Source: Felis catus
Taxonomy: Eukaryota
Assembly (NCBI RefSeq): GCF_018350175.1
Contig: NC_058368.1
Coordinates: 182,406,001-182,470,000 of the forward strand
Direction of reading: 5' to 3'
DNA length: 64,000 nt
The notes under the pieces were generated by a model. The model did no database searches. It saw only the letters and a program-made list of their open reading frames with translations, and was not told where the DNA came from. Below are positions 1 to 12,674 of the stretch, piece after piece. The first letter of the stretch is position 1. The number at the start of each line of letters is the position of its first letter. Position numbers and translations under genes: made by a program.

Positions 1-294
1 TTCAGTAAATGTAACAAAGATTATAAAGAGCAATTCATAAGTCACTTTGACAAGAGTTAAGTACTCACCATCTGCATTTTAGGTTTTATCTCTAAGTTCC
101 CTTGGTACATTCCCTTCCCAGCGGGTTTTGACTAATTCAAATTTGTTTTCAAGAAAGAAAATAAAATCACTGGGACTGCATATACTGCAATGTCATCAAA
201 CTCTTCCATGTCAAGTATATTCCATACATTCTATATAAATATATCTTTAGTGTGAAAACCGGAATACCCTCACTTAACAAGATTGTTAATTTAA

Positions 295-395
295 TTAACA
301 TATACCTACTGAACACTTACTTTGCCAGATCTCTATATGAATACCATAGAGAAAGATAAGTATGATTCCTCCCTCATGAAGTTTTAATAATGTAC
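295..395 (-). mobile_element. L2 LINE 3' end fragment
   Basis: Degenerate match to reverse-complement L2 3' end (ctactgaacacttactttgccag...cctccctcatgaagtt). Confidence 0.55.
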
Positions 396-514
396 CACAA
401 ATAACAATGAGCATTTCAAACTTCTAATGAAACATACTTCAATATCTTCCATAAAATTCTGATGTTATATAGTAACAGAGATGCTCAGACTTTTAAAAAT
501 ACATTTCAAAATCA

Positions 515-662
515 ACTAGTGTTCTCTGAGAAATACAGAAGCCTGGGTCTCTAATCCAGAGCTTCTGATTAGGGTAGTTCTGGGGCAAATCCTGAGCATC
601 TACACTTTTAATAAGCCCTCCAGGTAATCTTTATATAAAACAGAGTTTGCAAATTAGTGGTC
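515..662. mobile_element. MER5-family hAT-Charlie MITE
   Basis: aatacagaagcctgggtctc...tctgatt...tttaataagccctccaggtaatct...agtttg resembles MER5A/B. Confidence 0.65.
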
Positions 663-889
663 CAAAAAGCAATTTTTAATCTTATTTTTTTTGTTTGTTT
701 TGATACCATATATGTTAAGAAGGTCAATGTATCATGTAAATATTAAACATAATATGTAAATTAGTGAATTAATAAAGAGGATGATAAAATATTTGACTAA
801 AAGCCTACAGTCTGGGAGTGTAGTTAATTTTCTGATTATTATAGTCTCTTATTGGCACTCAATATTTTTTTAACAGTTATTATCATTAT

Positions 890-1590
890 CTTAGCTTTTA
901 GATGGTATATCAGAGATGTTTTTAGAAAAGAATTTATTAGCTCATATGCTTGAGAAGTTACATGGTAGTAATATTGACTTCAGGTATAGTTCAATCTAGA
1001 GGTTTATATTATCTCTTCATGTGCTAACTCTATGTTCAGATTCATTTTCAATTCCATCAGCCATCTCTGTACCAGTTTCACGTTATGTTCTTAAACTATA
1101 TCACACAGAAAAGGACTTCCTTTTACCTTCCGAATTAACTAAAATTTCTGTTATTTCACTCTAATAAAATTAATGTAGGTAATATTCCCATTTTATTTTA
1201 TTTTTTTAAATTTTTTTAATGTTTATTTATTTTTGACAGAGAGACAGAGCATGAGCAGGGGAGGGGCAGAGAGAGAAGGAGACAGAGTCTGAAGCAGGCG
1301 CCAGGCTCTGAGCTGTCAGCACAGAGCCCAACGTGGGGCTCGAACTCACGGAGTGTGAGATCATGCCCTAAGCTGGAGTCAGACGCTCAACCGACTGAGC
1401 CACCCAGGTGTCCCGATAATATACCCATTTTAAAACCAATGTCTGAGAAAGAGAGATGAGGCTGTACTGACCAACTTATACCAATCAGGGTCCATATGGA
1501 GCCAGAGTTGTGGCCCAGTACACTACAAACCAAGGCTGTACACAATAGAGCAGTGATACAATGGATTCTGGGAACACAACCTCAAAGTCC
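890..1590. mobile_element. Old MaLR LTR (MLT1J/K-like), interrupted by a SINE
   Basis: aagaatttattagctcat...gacttcaggtatagtt and accaatcaggg motifs; boundaries approximate. Confidence 0.45.
1192..1415 (-). mobile_element. CAN-SINE (SINEC_Fc2-like)
   Basis: tRNA-derived head, CT-rich body and AATAAA/A tail on minus strand; TSD TAATAT[T/A]CCCATTTT at 1180-1194 and 1417-1431. Confidence 0.96.
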
Positions 1591-2859
1591 AATACTGAAG
1601 AATATGGTATGAGATAGAAATTTAAATCATCTCTCTGAAGTATAATATAGTCTCAACTCTAAATTTTCCAAGATGTGTCTATTCTTTCTCTTGTATAATT
1701 TTTCTTCAAATTGTATAAACCAAGCAAAAACTATCACGAAGTTAGGAAGAATAAATAAGGTGTTCCAATTTCTCTCTTATAAGCTGTGAGCCGTGTAATT
1801 TCATTGTGGGATCCTAAAGTGGTAGGGCAAGTGGATAGTAAATGCTATTATATTTACTGGAAAAGAACATGCATAATCATAAGATAAGTCTACTTGTCTT
1901 ATAACCCAAAATGCAGGTAACAACATTATTAGTTTTGTAAAAGTAAGCGTGAGGAACAGAGAAGAGAATTTAACTATTTGCAGTCCACACAGTAGCACAG
2001 AATGTGATGCTAATTTAAAGGAAATAATGATGAGATACAAGCTAGAGGCAGTTTGATGATGAGCCATATAGAGGTGATTAGTGTATGTTTAAGAACAATA
2101 TGTCAGGAACATTCCATGAATTTCACTTCACTGCCTTTGGCTTCTGTAAGAGACAGTGTGAGGTGTGAGAATGCAGGCAAACCCAGGGTTTAATATATTT
2201 CTGTCCATACAGTGCTACTCCATGCAGATGCTCAGGGGATTAGAGAGAATATTGTACCTATGTTCTACTTAAGGGAAAGAAAGCAAGAATCCAGAAGAAA
2301 GAAATTCCAGTCTGTGTGGATCACTGCAGTGTTTTACACAAGGTAGAAACTCATCAGCATGATGGTTCGGGGCTTAGGTTTTAGAGTTGGCTCTCACACC
2401 AACAACTGAACTCCTAATCTGTATACTAATAGAATTTACACCCAATTATTGCTACAAGAGACAAGGTAATGCTCATGTTGTAGTTGTTATAAGACCAAAT
2501 TTTAAAAAGCAATAATTACTTTAAACTAATTTTAATATCGGGACTGCTTCCATCTGGTTAGTGTATCATTTCTACTATCAAAAGTAGGATAGCATCTATA
2601 GTGAATGTCACACTAGGGTGGGCCTGCCAAAAGTTCCTTGTTTACCCCTGACCCCACTCCTCAATCTCAATCAGGTTTTAAACAATTGTTATGGTGCTGA
2701 GTGTTATATGAAAGGATTAATGCCCGCCGCCCCTCAGAGGACACAAAAACCCTCAGACCTACTACAACCAGACAGGTACAGTAAATGAATCATCCTGTTT
2801 ACACTGTGGTAACTGGGAGAATGTGTGCACCATCTAAAGGTAGACAAGCTTTAGCAAGT

Positions 2860-2975
2860 CCTATCTGCCTTTGCCATTTTGAGAATGTGGGCCCAGCCAG
2901 AATTGCTAGATCTTCCAATTTTTCAAGACAAGCTAGAGATTCGCTTTTACATGTGCAATGCCCCCTATTTCAATA
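2860..2975. mobile_element. MER103-like hAT-Charlie fragment
   Basis: tgtgggcccag...ttgctagatcttccaatttttcaagacaagctaga motif; a related copy lies near 30835-30980. Confidence 0.5.
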
Positions 2976-3349
2976 AATTAATAAGATAATAGGCTATATA
3001 ATTCAAGTAACAAAAGTGTGTCACCCAGATGTGGGTTGTGGGAATCCAGGTTCCTCTGTCTGACCTTTGGGAACCACACAATAGTAGGATAAGATCTATC
3101 TCATCACTTTACTTATGATTCTAAAGCTCAACCTGCTCCTCTGGACTTGCAAGTTTTTGGTTATCAGAATAGTTGTGGTCTTTCAATAACTTTCCAATTT
3201 ATAACTCCTAATTGTTGTCTGACAATAAGAGTCACAAACTCAAACACTTCCAGAAGCAAGGCATTTAAAGCTAATATTTCAAGTGGATTGGGCATAAAAG
3301 GCCAGGGAGAGACGGTGGGGCATGCGGCAGTGTGCAACTCCCCTTAGAA

Positions 3350-3470
3350 GAGAGTGATAAATTTGTCTTTCAGGTCAGAACACTATGAAAATGAAAAAGG
3401 GTGCTGTTAATAATTACACTAGATTAATAGGTGTAAAAGGGGACAAAATAGAATATATGGCCATCTCTAA
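3350..3470. mobile_element. MER81-like hAT-Blackjack fragment
   Basis: gaaaaagggtgctgttaataattacact...ggacaaaatagaatatatggccatctcta. Confidence 0.45.
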
Positions 3471-5609
3471 GAGGTAATGAATGCTCAGATTTCAGCAATG
3501 CTCACACTGGATCTTCAAGAACTTGTGATTCGTGAAGAGAAGATACACATGGGCATTTAGTGGTATATCTCATAATTTTCAAACCTATTGATAATTTAAT
3601 TTTAATTCTTATTTAAAACAAAAAAACAAATCCACCACCGAGCCATATATGTCAGCCAGATCCTGCCCTCTGCAGACTTACTACATGGCTTTGTATTAGA
3701 TCTTCCTCTTTTTCTAAGTATGTATCTCTGGTCAATTGTTTTCTTTGTCTCTTGTCTGTTTTGATGCCCTAATTTGACTCTGGTACATATGAACATGACT
3801 TCTAACCTTTCCACTTCTTAAATTCCATCCTTGGAGATGGAAAGCCTTCCACCGTTTCTCAGCTTCACTTTGTGGATCCACTTATGGGCTCCTGTTTAGG
3901 GCAAGTCATACTCCTACCCATTCCAAATGAGGCACCCTCAGCCTCTCACCTTTACAATCCTAGACCTAAGGTCTCATTATCAATGACAGGTCCTTAGGAA
4001 AGAAGCTGTTCACAACTGGTATTTCTATTCTCTGGCAGAAAGTTACCTTTGTCAAATTTACTAACGATATGACTATTGGCAAAAAGCAATTACAGTCCTA
4101 TATCAGTAAACATAAAATTGGTAAACAATTTCATCAATAAATATGGCCCTCATAAATCTACCACAGATCTCAAAGCTGCATATAAAATGTACTGGCAATG
4201 GTAACATAAAATTAGTGAAATTTTCATAATTGTGCTATTTTGTTAGGAAATTAAGGAATTTTCAAAGTGAAACTCTCTAAATGTTATATTTAATACATGC
4301 ATACTTAAAAAAAAACTCAGCAAATGAATAAATGCATCAGGGAAAGCAATACATCTTCCAGAGTTAAATTTGTGCTTCTATGATGTACAGTGATTTCACT
4401 TGCATGTACATATTTAATAGGTGTGTAATCTTCTAGTTTGAATGAGAGTCATCATATATGCAGGCACCAAGAATTGGCAAAGAAAATAAACATTAAATTG
4501 AGTTTAAATGTGCTTCAAAATTGATTATAGCAAATTACCCAAACTAAAGCTATATTTAGAAATAAACCTAGGAAATCTTGTTTTGGCAGATGATATAGGT
4601 CTCCTGACTAAGATGTACAAATTCATCCCAAGGGTTTAGAAGCACTCTTCTAAGCCAAGGGGCAGAGCTATGCAGACTCTTTTTGATTCAATGTCACAGT
4701 CAAAGCTATACACCAATAAATTTTGCATTTTGATCTAAAAGCTCAGTTTCAAGTAAGTGACATTTTCCACAATTCCAAAGCTAGTCAACATATTTTTATG
4801 ACTATGTACCTGATCATAATTGAACACAATGAAATCTTTCCCTGGTAAGCATAGTTTTAAATATCTGAACTTCAAATAGTTTGATTTCTCTTTATACTTC
4901 TTATATCCCCTCACCACACTTCTGTTCTACATATATTCATAGAAAATGTCAGTATGTCCTAAGTCAATTTATTTTGTTTTCTAGATCTAATTGGTCTTCA
5001 AGTGGCCTTCAGTTTGCAGTTTTAATATATAGTATGTATTTTAAATATATTTAGAATTAATTTCATTCTTATATTTTATGTCAATATATAAAATTCCTTT
5101 CAGAGAGAGAGAAAGAGAGATAGAGAGAGACTGTTAAGGGGCAGTGTTCTAGATTCTGTGAACATAAAAGTAAAATATAAATAGTTCTATCCCTTAAGTA
5201 GTCATGACCTGGCAAGACAAGTTACATGGAATTAACTGTAAGTTAATAACACAATAACCACCACTTCCACCATTATAAGCAAAATTTGTTAGCAAAATTT
5301 CTAATATCTAATTGCTGCTAATTGATTACTATGTGGCATTATCCTGTTCAACAAATAACCTAAATCATAGATTCACTATTTAGAGATAGGAAACTGAGTA
5401 TTAGGATTTCAAAAAGTTATTTATTAGTAAATAAAAGATTAGTAATTTGAGTCCAGAAATATAAGTTTAAATTCTTGATACTTAGATGCTATGGAACTTA
5501 GACAAAGGATAAACTAATTATGAATGCTAGGAGGAAAAAAATATAGAAAGAATTTTTTTATTTATTTTATAATATTTATTAGATATTTAATATTAGATTG
5601 GTAATATGC

Positions 5610-6610
5610 TAAATGCTAGAAGCACATATACAACAAATAAGAGACAATGTCTCCCGTTAAAAAGTTCACAGTCTGGTAGAGAAGACAGCCTCGAAAAATG
5701 ATTAATGGGGAGATAAGGGCAGCAATAGACATATGGAATGGGGGCAACAGGGAGCCAGGCACCTGCTTGGGTAGGTGAGGAACGGCTTCACAAGGAAAAG
5801 ACAAGTCTTACTGAGACCTGAAGAACAAGAAGGAATTGCCAGATGGCCAGAGTGAAGTTCATTTGTGGCTCAGCATGCAAAAAAGCAAGGAGGGTTAAAA
5901 TATCATTGCATGTATGGGAATGTTGAAGCTGGAGATGCAGTGGAAGTGAGGAGAGTCTCGTGAATCTAGTCAGGCCACGGCAACATAGCCTTTGGGTACG
6001 AAGCACAACAACACGTCACCCTTATTATTAGTCTTTTCTACTAATGACTATAAAATTTTACCCTATTCAGTATATGGAGCCATGGAGAAATTAAACCGGG
6101 AAGGTAATGTAACTTGGTGTGTGATTTTAAAGTAGGCAGGAGTGCAAAGAATGAGTAGGCTTTTCCTAAGTACTAGAGCAAGGAGAAGGCACAACATAAT
6201 GACATCATATGGTTGATGTCCTTAAGGGAAGATAATAATGCAAAGTGGGAAAGGCAGGGCTGCAATCAAAAGGTTGATTAGGGTAGATTTTAAAGGGCCT
6301 TCAATCCCATGGTGAAGAGCTCTTTTGTTCCACAAAAGAAGGGGGACAAGAAGTAATCTGGATTTTAGAAAGGTAAATCTAGTGGAAATCAAGAAGGATG
6401 ACTGTCCACAGATAGCCCGGGAAGTAAGTTTTGTGATGGTCTATGTATGAGTGGGGAAAGAAGCTGGAAATGAAGTAGCAAACAGAAAGGAAAAATGGAC
6501 AGTGAATTTATAAGAATCCTATGTAAGAACAGCATGACTTGGTAAGGAAAAAGATGTACATACTGAGAGGGCAGAATTAAAGATTGTTCTGAGGTTTGAT
6601 GATGTGTTCT
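5610..6610 (-). mobile_element. L2 LINE, degenerate
   Basis: Purine-rich reverse-complement L2 pattern (agttcacagtctggtagagaagacag, actgagacctgaagaacaagaaggaattgccag, ggagccatggaga). Confidence 0.6.
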
Positions 6611-6672
6611 TGTCATGGATTGTCTTGTATTATAATGTCTGTAATGTGTAGATGATCTTTCTTCTCAAATAA

Positions 6673-6746
6673 CATATATATGTGTGTGTGTGTGTGTGTA
6701 TTTGTGTGTGTGTATGTGTGTGTATATATACACACACATATATATA
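6673..6746. repeat. Compound (TA)n/(TG)n/(CA)n microsatellite
   Basis: Directly visible; includes the palindrome tgtgtgtgtatatatacacacaca. Confidence 0.9.
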
Positions 6747-7339
6747 AATGTTCATGTTTAAAATCAGGATGAATCAAATTGGAGGTGGACAGAACCTAGA
6801 GAAGGCTGACATCCTAGAGATGACAATGGAGCAATGGAATGGTTCCTAACAGTAGGCAAGAAGAAACCAGGAAAATGTCTAAGATTTCAGAGCAACAAGG
6901 AGCAGGGATATGGGAGATACATAAATGAGGAATGGGGAATTATATTTTATTATTAGGAAGAAGCAGACCTTCACAAATGTCTGTTGAACTTCTTGGCTAA
7001 AATATTAGCCTTGGGGAAAAGAATCAAGACAAAGACTGCAATGGAGAGAGAAGACAGGAAAAGTACCACGCAGTTCCATGATCACGAGGAAAAGGAACAA
7101 AAAAATTAGTTATTGGTTATAAGATTAGAATAGAATCAGTAGCATTGTTCACTTGATAGTGGATTGGCAAATCCTTGCCTGTGGCTCCTTGTATTTGTTC
7201 CCAAACAAGTTGGGTCCTAGAGTCTGCGGAAAGCTAAATCCAGAAGTATAATTCATATCTCTACAGGTTGAGGGAGATGCAGAATTTTAGGCAAGACACT
7301 GCATGATCAGAAGGTTTTGAAGGGAAGAAAGGTAACTAC

Positions 7340-7530
7340 TATCAACTAAGCTTCTGTTTCTATGTTAGGTACTGTGGCAACGATACTAAGACATAGATGT
7401 TATTACTCCCATTTTACACACTTGGGACACTAATATTCTTATGGTGACTTGTCTCAAATCACAGAGCTAATAAGTGGATAAGTTGGGTCTGTCTGTTTAA
7501 CTGCAAAGCCAAAACAAATTCTTCTATCTC
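7340..7530 (-). mobile_element. MIR SINE
   Basis: ttattactcccattttacacacttggg...gtgacttgtctcaaatcacagagctaataagtgg is the MIR core reverse complement. Confidence 0.7.
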
Positions 7531-8364
7531 GTACTTGTTCCCTGGAGTAGTCCACAAGGCCCACTTCAAATGCTTAGTGTGTGCTCACACACACAAACAC
7601 AAGTACCTGGCAGCTGATATTCTAAATGCCTCCTAATTGAAAAAGTGGTTCTATTTCTCTGTCCATAGAGACTAAAGAGATATTCTCTCAGCAAAGGATA
7701 AAAACAGAAATGCGTTGTTCTGCTAAGCTTCTCTCTACCCTAGTAACCTTTACTCCCTTGGCCCCCTGCCCTCTATGACACAAACAATGTTCTAAATGAA
7801 GGAATCACTGTCAGATATGACTTTCACTGCTGATCGAAGGCCACCATACTGCTAACTTCTTCATGTCTTTGCTTGTAGTTGGAGGAGCAATTGTAAAACA
7901 TGATTGGATTCTTCTAGGCCATGTAAGGAACCAAGGCGCCATTGAACGACAGCCTGCCAGTCCCATAGCAACTCTGTGTCTGACCTAATCAATCAATCAA
8001 TTAGAGGCATTAGGTCAGAATGTGACACCCTTTGTCACCTTACTATTGGAGTTCCAGTCTCTGAAATACTTTTTAGAACTTCCTTCTGGAAGTCTGGTAA
8101 AGATGGTACAGGAAATGGCGCAACCAGAATGATAGAAAGTGGGACAGTGAACATCTGCTGAAAAAAGCACAAGGTGGGATTCATTTCTGTTGAGTCTGTA
8201 ATCCTCCTACAAAGACTATCCTTTAACTTAAGACAAATTCATTTGGTTTTGCAGTGTTGATGTGTTTCTTACAAAGTCATAACAAAAAATTAAAACTGGT
8301 TTAATACTAAGATTTACAATTAACTTCCTAGTAGCCAGGCCTTGCACATTCACTTAAAAAAGAC

Positions 8365-8397
<33 letters not shown>
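8365..8397. repeat. (ATT)n microsatellite
   Basis: Directly visible. Confidence 0.95.
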
Positions 8398-8428
8398 CCC
8401 TTTATTACTTTAAACTTGGTAGAAAATT

Positions 8429-8642
8429 ATTTTTTTCAAGTTTTTAAGTTTATTTATTTTGAGAAAGAGAGGGAGCAAGCAAGGGAGGGCAGAGAGAGAG
8501 AGGGAGAGAGAGAGAATTCTAAGCAGGCTCCACACTGTCAGCACAGAGCCCACTGTGGGACTCGAACTCACAAACCACGAGTTCATAACCTGAGCTGAAA
8601 CCAAGAGCCTGTTGCTCAATTGACTGAGCCACCTGGTGCCCC
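8429..8642 (-). mobile_element. CAN-SINE
   Basis: Head ...gagccacctggtgcccc, GA-rich body, T-rich tail; degenerate TSD TAAACTTGG...AATT. Confidence 0.95.
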
Positions 8643-10034
8643 TAAACTTGGCACACAATTAATAAATATTTTCTGATTAATTCATAAGGACTCTGAGTAT
8701 CATACTAATAATTATATGGTTTTCCTATATTCCTTATGTATTTTATTTTATACAGTTGTGCTTTCTTATCCCTGGGTTGGATGTAGCATGATTTATTAAG
8801 CACTTTATTGTAGCTTTTTGATAAACTATAAGCTGTTTCACATAAAAGATGAGCTTTATTTTTTAAAGACACAGACTTATTTGTACTTGATTGTGAAGGA
8901 ATCCTAAGTCACCAAGAGTCATGATGCTGAGAGCCCAGGATGAGGTGGTTTATTTTGCTCTCATTAAAGATTCTCTGGATGGCTTGCTTACAGGGTGAGG
9001 CTTTTTTTTCCAACATCAAAAATAACTCTTAGCTTCCACTGTATTATTTCACCCCCAAAAAACACTGAAGAAAAAAGAATGCATACATTTTTGGAATAGA
9101 TTTCAGAAAAACATGTGGTTAGGGATCGACTGATATCACAGTTTATACTTTTAATTTTTAAGAATAACCTCACATAGTTTGAAGTATAACAAATCCAACC
9201 ATGCCACAAATGTTTGGTCAAAGTCTACAAAGACACTTTGCTGAATGGTTGAAGATGTAAAGATGAGGAAAATATGTTCTAATTTCAAGGACTAACTAGA
9301 ATGTAATCCTTTCTCACATTTATCCCAAACATACAGAAAATGAAGAAGAAAGCAGAATATTTCACACACTATTAGCAAAACACCAAATGTGAGTCAATAC
9401 AACACACACACCAAATCCAGGTATTTTACCTACATTTCACCATTAACCTTGAATCCCCTGAAACCAATAAATGTTTTAAACTCTTGACACTTCCCGCTGC
9501 CCCCATTTATACCTTTGTTTAAAGGTAGAAAGGGAAAAATAGGTATAAAGATGCCTTAGATCTCTGGGCAACAAGAAAGATAAATATATAAATATTAGAT
9601 ATATAAATATCTATATATATAGATATAAATATATAAATATATATTACAAATATATAAATAAGGACTGAAAAATCAGAATTCAGTCTTAGAAATAACTGGA
9701 CCCTTAACACATGTCTGTTCAACCACTCAGTTAACACGTTAATCCTAAAGTAGATTAATCAAGGCAAAGGTAAGTATGGAGAAAAAAGATAAGGTATAAA
9801 GCAGGTATGCATGCAAGGTATATGTGTTTAAGTTGAAATAAAATAATGTGGCTTATCTAGCTATACATTTTTTTAAAGATACACTATTTTTTTCCCAAGA
9901 AGGTGGAATTTATGGTTATGCTAATAACATGAGTTCATCTCAAATAGTATGGTAGGATCATGCTCATTTCCTACACGGTAGTAGTTTTGGGGATAAGGGC
10001 AGGTAAGGCAAAATAGCTAGTAATAAAATATCAA

Positions 10035-10237
10035 TGTTTTGAAGTCCAGCAGATTTGGAACTAAATTCCAGCCCTATTACTTTCCAGGCCTCTGACCTTA
10101 GAAAGTCATTTGACTTCTCTGAACTTATGTGCTGTCATCTGTAAAATGAGAAAAATGATCTTCTCACAAGATTTATGAGTCAATATGTGTTAAACTTAGG
10201 ACAGTGTCTGGAAGATAGTAAGAGCTCAGTAAATGAT
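10035..10237 (+). mobile_element. MIR SINE
   Basis: tgaccttagaaagtcatttgacttctctgaac...catctgtaaaatgag...ggacagtgtctgg...agtaagagctcagtaaatg. Confidence 0.85.
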
Positions 10238-10849
10238 GGAAGCAGGGTAGTAAGACTAGTGGTAATAATATGGGTCATTGGAATTGTGGATTGTTAAACT
10301 GATTTGGGATAATGACTAATGACATAAGAATTGATTTCAGTTTCTACAGGACTTTTTATGGATTTACATTAAATTCAGAAAGATGCTGTCAAGTGGGGGG
10401 AAAACAACCTATTTAAAATCATTCTAGGAAAAAACAAATCATTGTTGATACTGTCACTTTGCCCCACATTATCTCCTTTCTTCTACGTCTTTCTGGTCAT
10501 TGTCCCCATGTACTGACTCAGCTCCATTTCTGGTCTTCCTGAGAATCCCTGCCTTGGAAATCCTATGGATCAAATATGTTTTATTGAACAATGCCTCTTC
10601 ATAGTTTTGTGGTTCTCAACAATCTGGGGTTAATACCACCCAATTTTAGAATACAATCGAGAGCAGATATCACTGTGGCTGTTAGGCTGTACCTGATTTG
10701 AAGATGCCATTTCTTTGTACATTTATTTTTAAACATAGAAGTAATTCTCAAAACATTAAAATTTGCAGTTTTTATTGGAAAAGGAAACCAAAATATCTTA
10801 CCCCTGAGTCCTTAAAAATAATAATTGGCTGGGCCTGAGTAAGGGTATA

Positions 10850-10951
10850 GGAGATACCATGGACCAGCATCCATTCCCTCCCCTCTCTTTCCTGACAGAA
10901 CTATATTGGTTCAGATGTACAAATGCACATAACTTTTTTTAATGTTTACTT

Positions 10952-11003
<52 letters not shown>

Positions 11004-11534
11004 CCCAAGTAGGCTTCATACTGTCAGCACACAGCCCGACACACGACTATGAGATCATGACCTGAGCCAAAATCAAGAGTTGGATACTCAACAGACTGAG
11101 CTACCCAGACACCCCACAACTGCACATGACTTTTTTAACTCCAGGAAAAGTGACTCTCTCATAATTTCTGAATTTTCCTTTTTTTTCCCCATAAATGTGT
11201 TTCTTTAAGGATCTGTGACCAAATATGGACTAATGAGATCTTAGGAGTCATTTTCTGGGACTTCTGGAAAAGTTTATTTCTCCTAAATCTTCTGTGAACT
11301 TCCCAAACCATCCCTGTCCTTTCTTTTGGATGCTATGTATTCATGATTATGAGGCTTGGAATGGCTGAAGCTATCTTGCTACCATCTTGAAGATAAAGCC
11401 CTACAAAAGGAAAATAAAGCTACGGGTATTGGATGAAGAAAAAGAAAAGAGTCCTGAAAATAAATCAATTCAAAATCCCACATTACCTGTGGACTTCCTG
11501 TATGCAAGCCAATAGTTCCTTTACTTCATCCATT
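10850..11534 (+). mobile_element. MaLR LTR (MLT1J-like), interrupted by a SINE and by the L1 at 11535; appears to resume near 14100
   Basis: tgtgacc...actaatgagat, tctgggacttctggaaaagttt, ttggaatggctgaagctatcttgctaccat, tggacttcctgt motifs. Confidence 0.6.
10934..11115 (-). mobile_element. CAN-SINE with long (GA)n and internal deletions
   Basis: Head/tail motifs; TSD ACAA[A/C]TGCACAT[A/G]ACTTTTTT starting at 10919 and 11116. Confidence 0.93.
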
Positions 11535-11668
11535 TTTTGTTAATTGAAATGTAACTAGCATGTTACATTGGTATCAGGTGTACAACATAATGATTCAACA
11601 ATTTTTGTACACTACTCGGTGCCTGGGAGGATAAATGCAGATCCCAACTTTCACCAAACAACATTGTT

Positions 11669-11885
11669 TTAAATTTTTTTTTCAACGTTTATTTATTTTT
11701 GGGACAGAGAGAGACAGAGCATGAACGGGGGAGGGGCAGAGAGAGAGGGAGACACAGAATCGGAAACAGGCTCCAGGCTCTGAGCCATCAGCCCAGAGCC
11801 TGACGCGGGGCTCGAACTCACGGACCGCGAGATCGCGACCTGGCTGAAGTCGGACGCTTAACCGACTGCGCCACCCAGGCGCCCC
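11669..11885 (-). mobile_element. Young SINEC_Fc inserted in L1
   Basis: Near-consensus with CpGs intact; perfect TSD CAACATTGTT at 11659-11668 and 11885-11894. Confidence 0.97.
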
Positions 11886-12321
11886 AACATTGTTACAATC
11901 TTATTGACTATATTCACTATGCTGTACTTTTCATCCTGATGACTTATTTATTTTATAACTTGAATTTCCGTTTATCTATCTCACCCAACTACTCACCCAC
12001 CTCCCCTCTGGCAACCACCAGAGTACGGTTTTTGTGTCTTGTTTCTTTGTCTGTTTGTCTCTTTTGTTTCTTAGATCCCAAACACGAGTTAAATCATATG
12101 GTATTTAACTTTCTCTGACTTATTTCACCTAGCATTATGCCCTCTAGGTCCATCCATGTTGCTGCAAAAGCCAAGGTCTCATTTTTTTTTTATGGCTAAG
12201 TAATATTCACATCACATCTTCTTGAGATGTATCACATCTTCTTTATTCATTCATATATCAATGAACACTTAAGTTATTTCCATATCTTTACTACTGTAAA
12301 TAATGCTGGAATAAATGCAGG

Positions 12322-12324
<3 letters not shown>

Positions 12325-12380
<56 letters not shown>
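12325..12380. repeat. (TA)n microsatellite
   Basis: Pure TA run of about 56 bp. Confidence 0.97.
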
Positions 12381-12382
<2 letters not shown>

Positions 12383-12674
12383 TTTTGAATTAGTGTTTTT
12401 ATTTTCTTTGTGTAAATAACCAGTGATGGAATTAGTTGATTACTATGGTATTTCTATTTTTAATTGTTTGAGGAACCTACAGACTGTTTGCCATAGTGGC
12501 TGCACTAATTTACATTCCCACCAGCAGTGCACAAGTGTTCTCTTTTCTCTATACCCTTGCTAACACTCGTTATGTCTTGTTTTTGTTTTTTGTTTTTTGT
12601 TTTGTTTTGTTGGGTTTGTGGGGTTTTTTTATTCTCCTTATTCTTACAGGTGCAAGGTGCTATCTCATTGTGGT

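Larger units (their letters stand above)
11535..12674 (-). mobile_element. L1 (carnivore/L1MA-type) 3' UTR and ORF2 end; non-inverted part of a 5'-inverted L1
   Basis: Reverse-complement L1 hallmarks: ctctaggtccatccatgttg, catagtggctgcactaatttacattcccaccagcagtg, tatctcattgtggt. Confidence 0.93.

Noticed and set aside
9607..9626. 20-bp perfect palindrome atatctatatatatagatat (and the 24-bp one near 6715-6738)
   Set aside because: Expected by-products of TA/TG microsatellites and low-complexity DNA.
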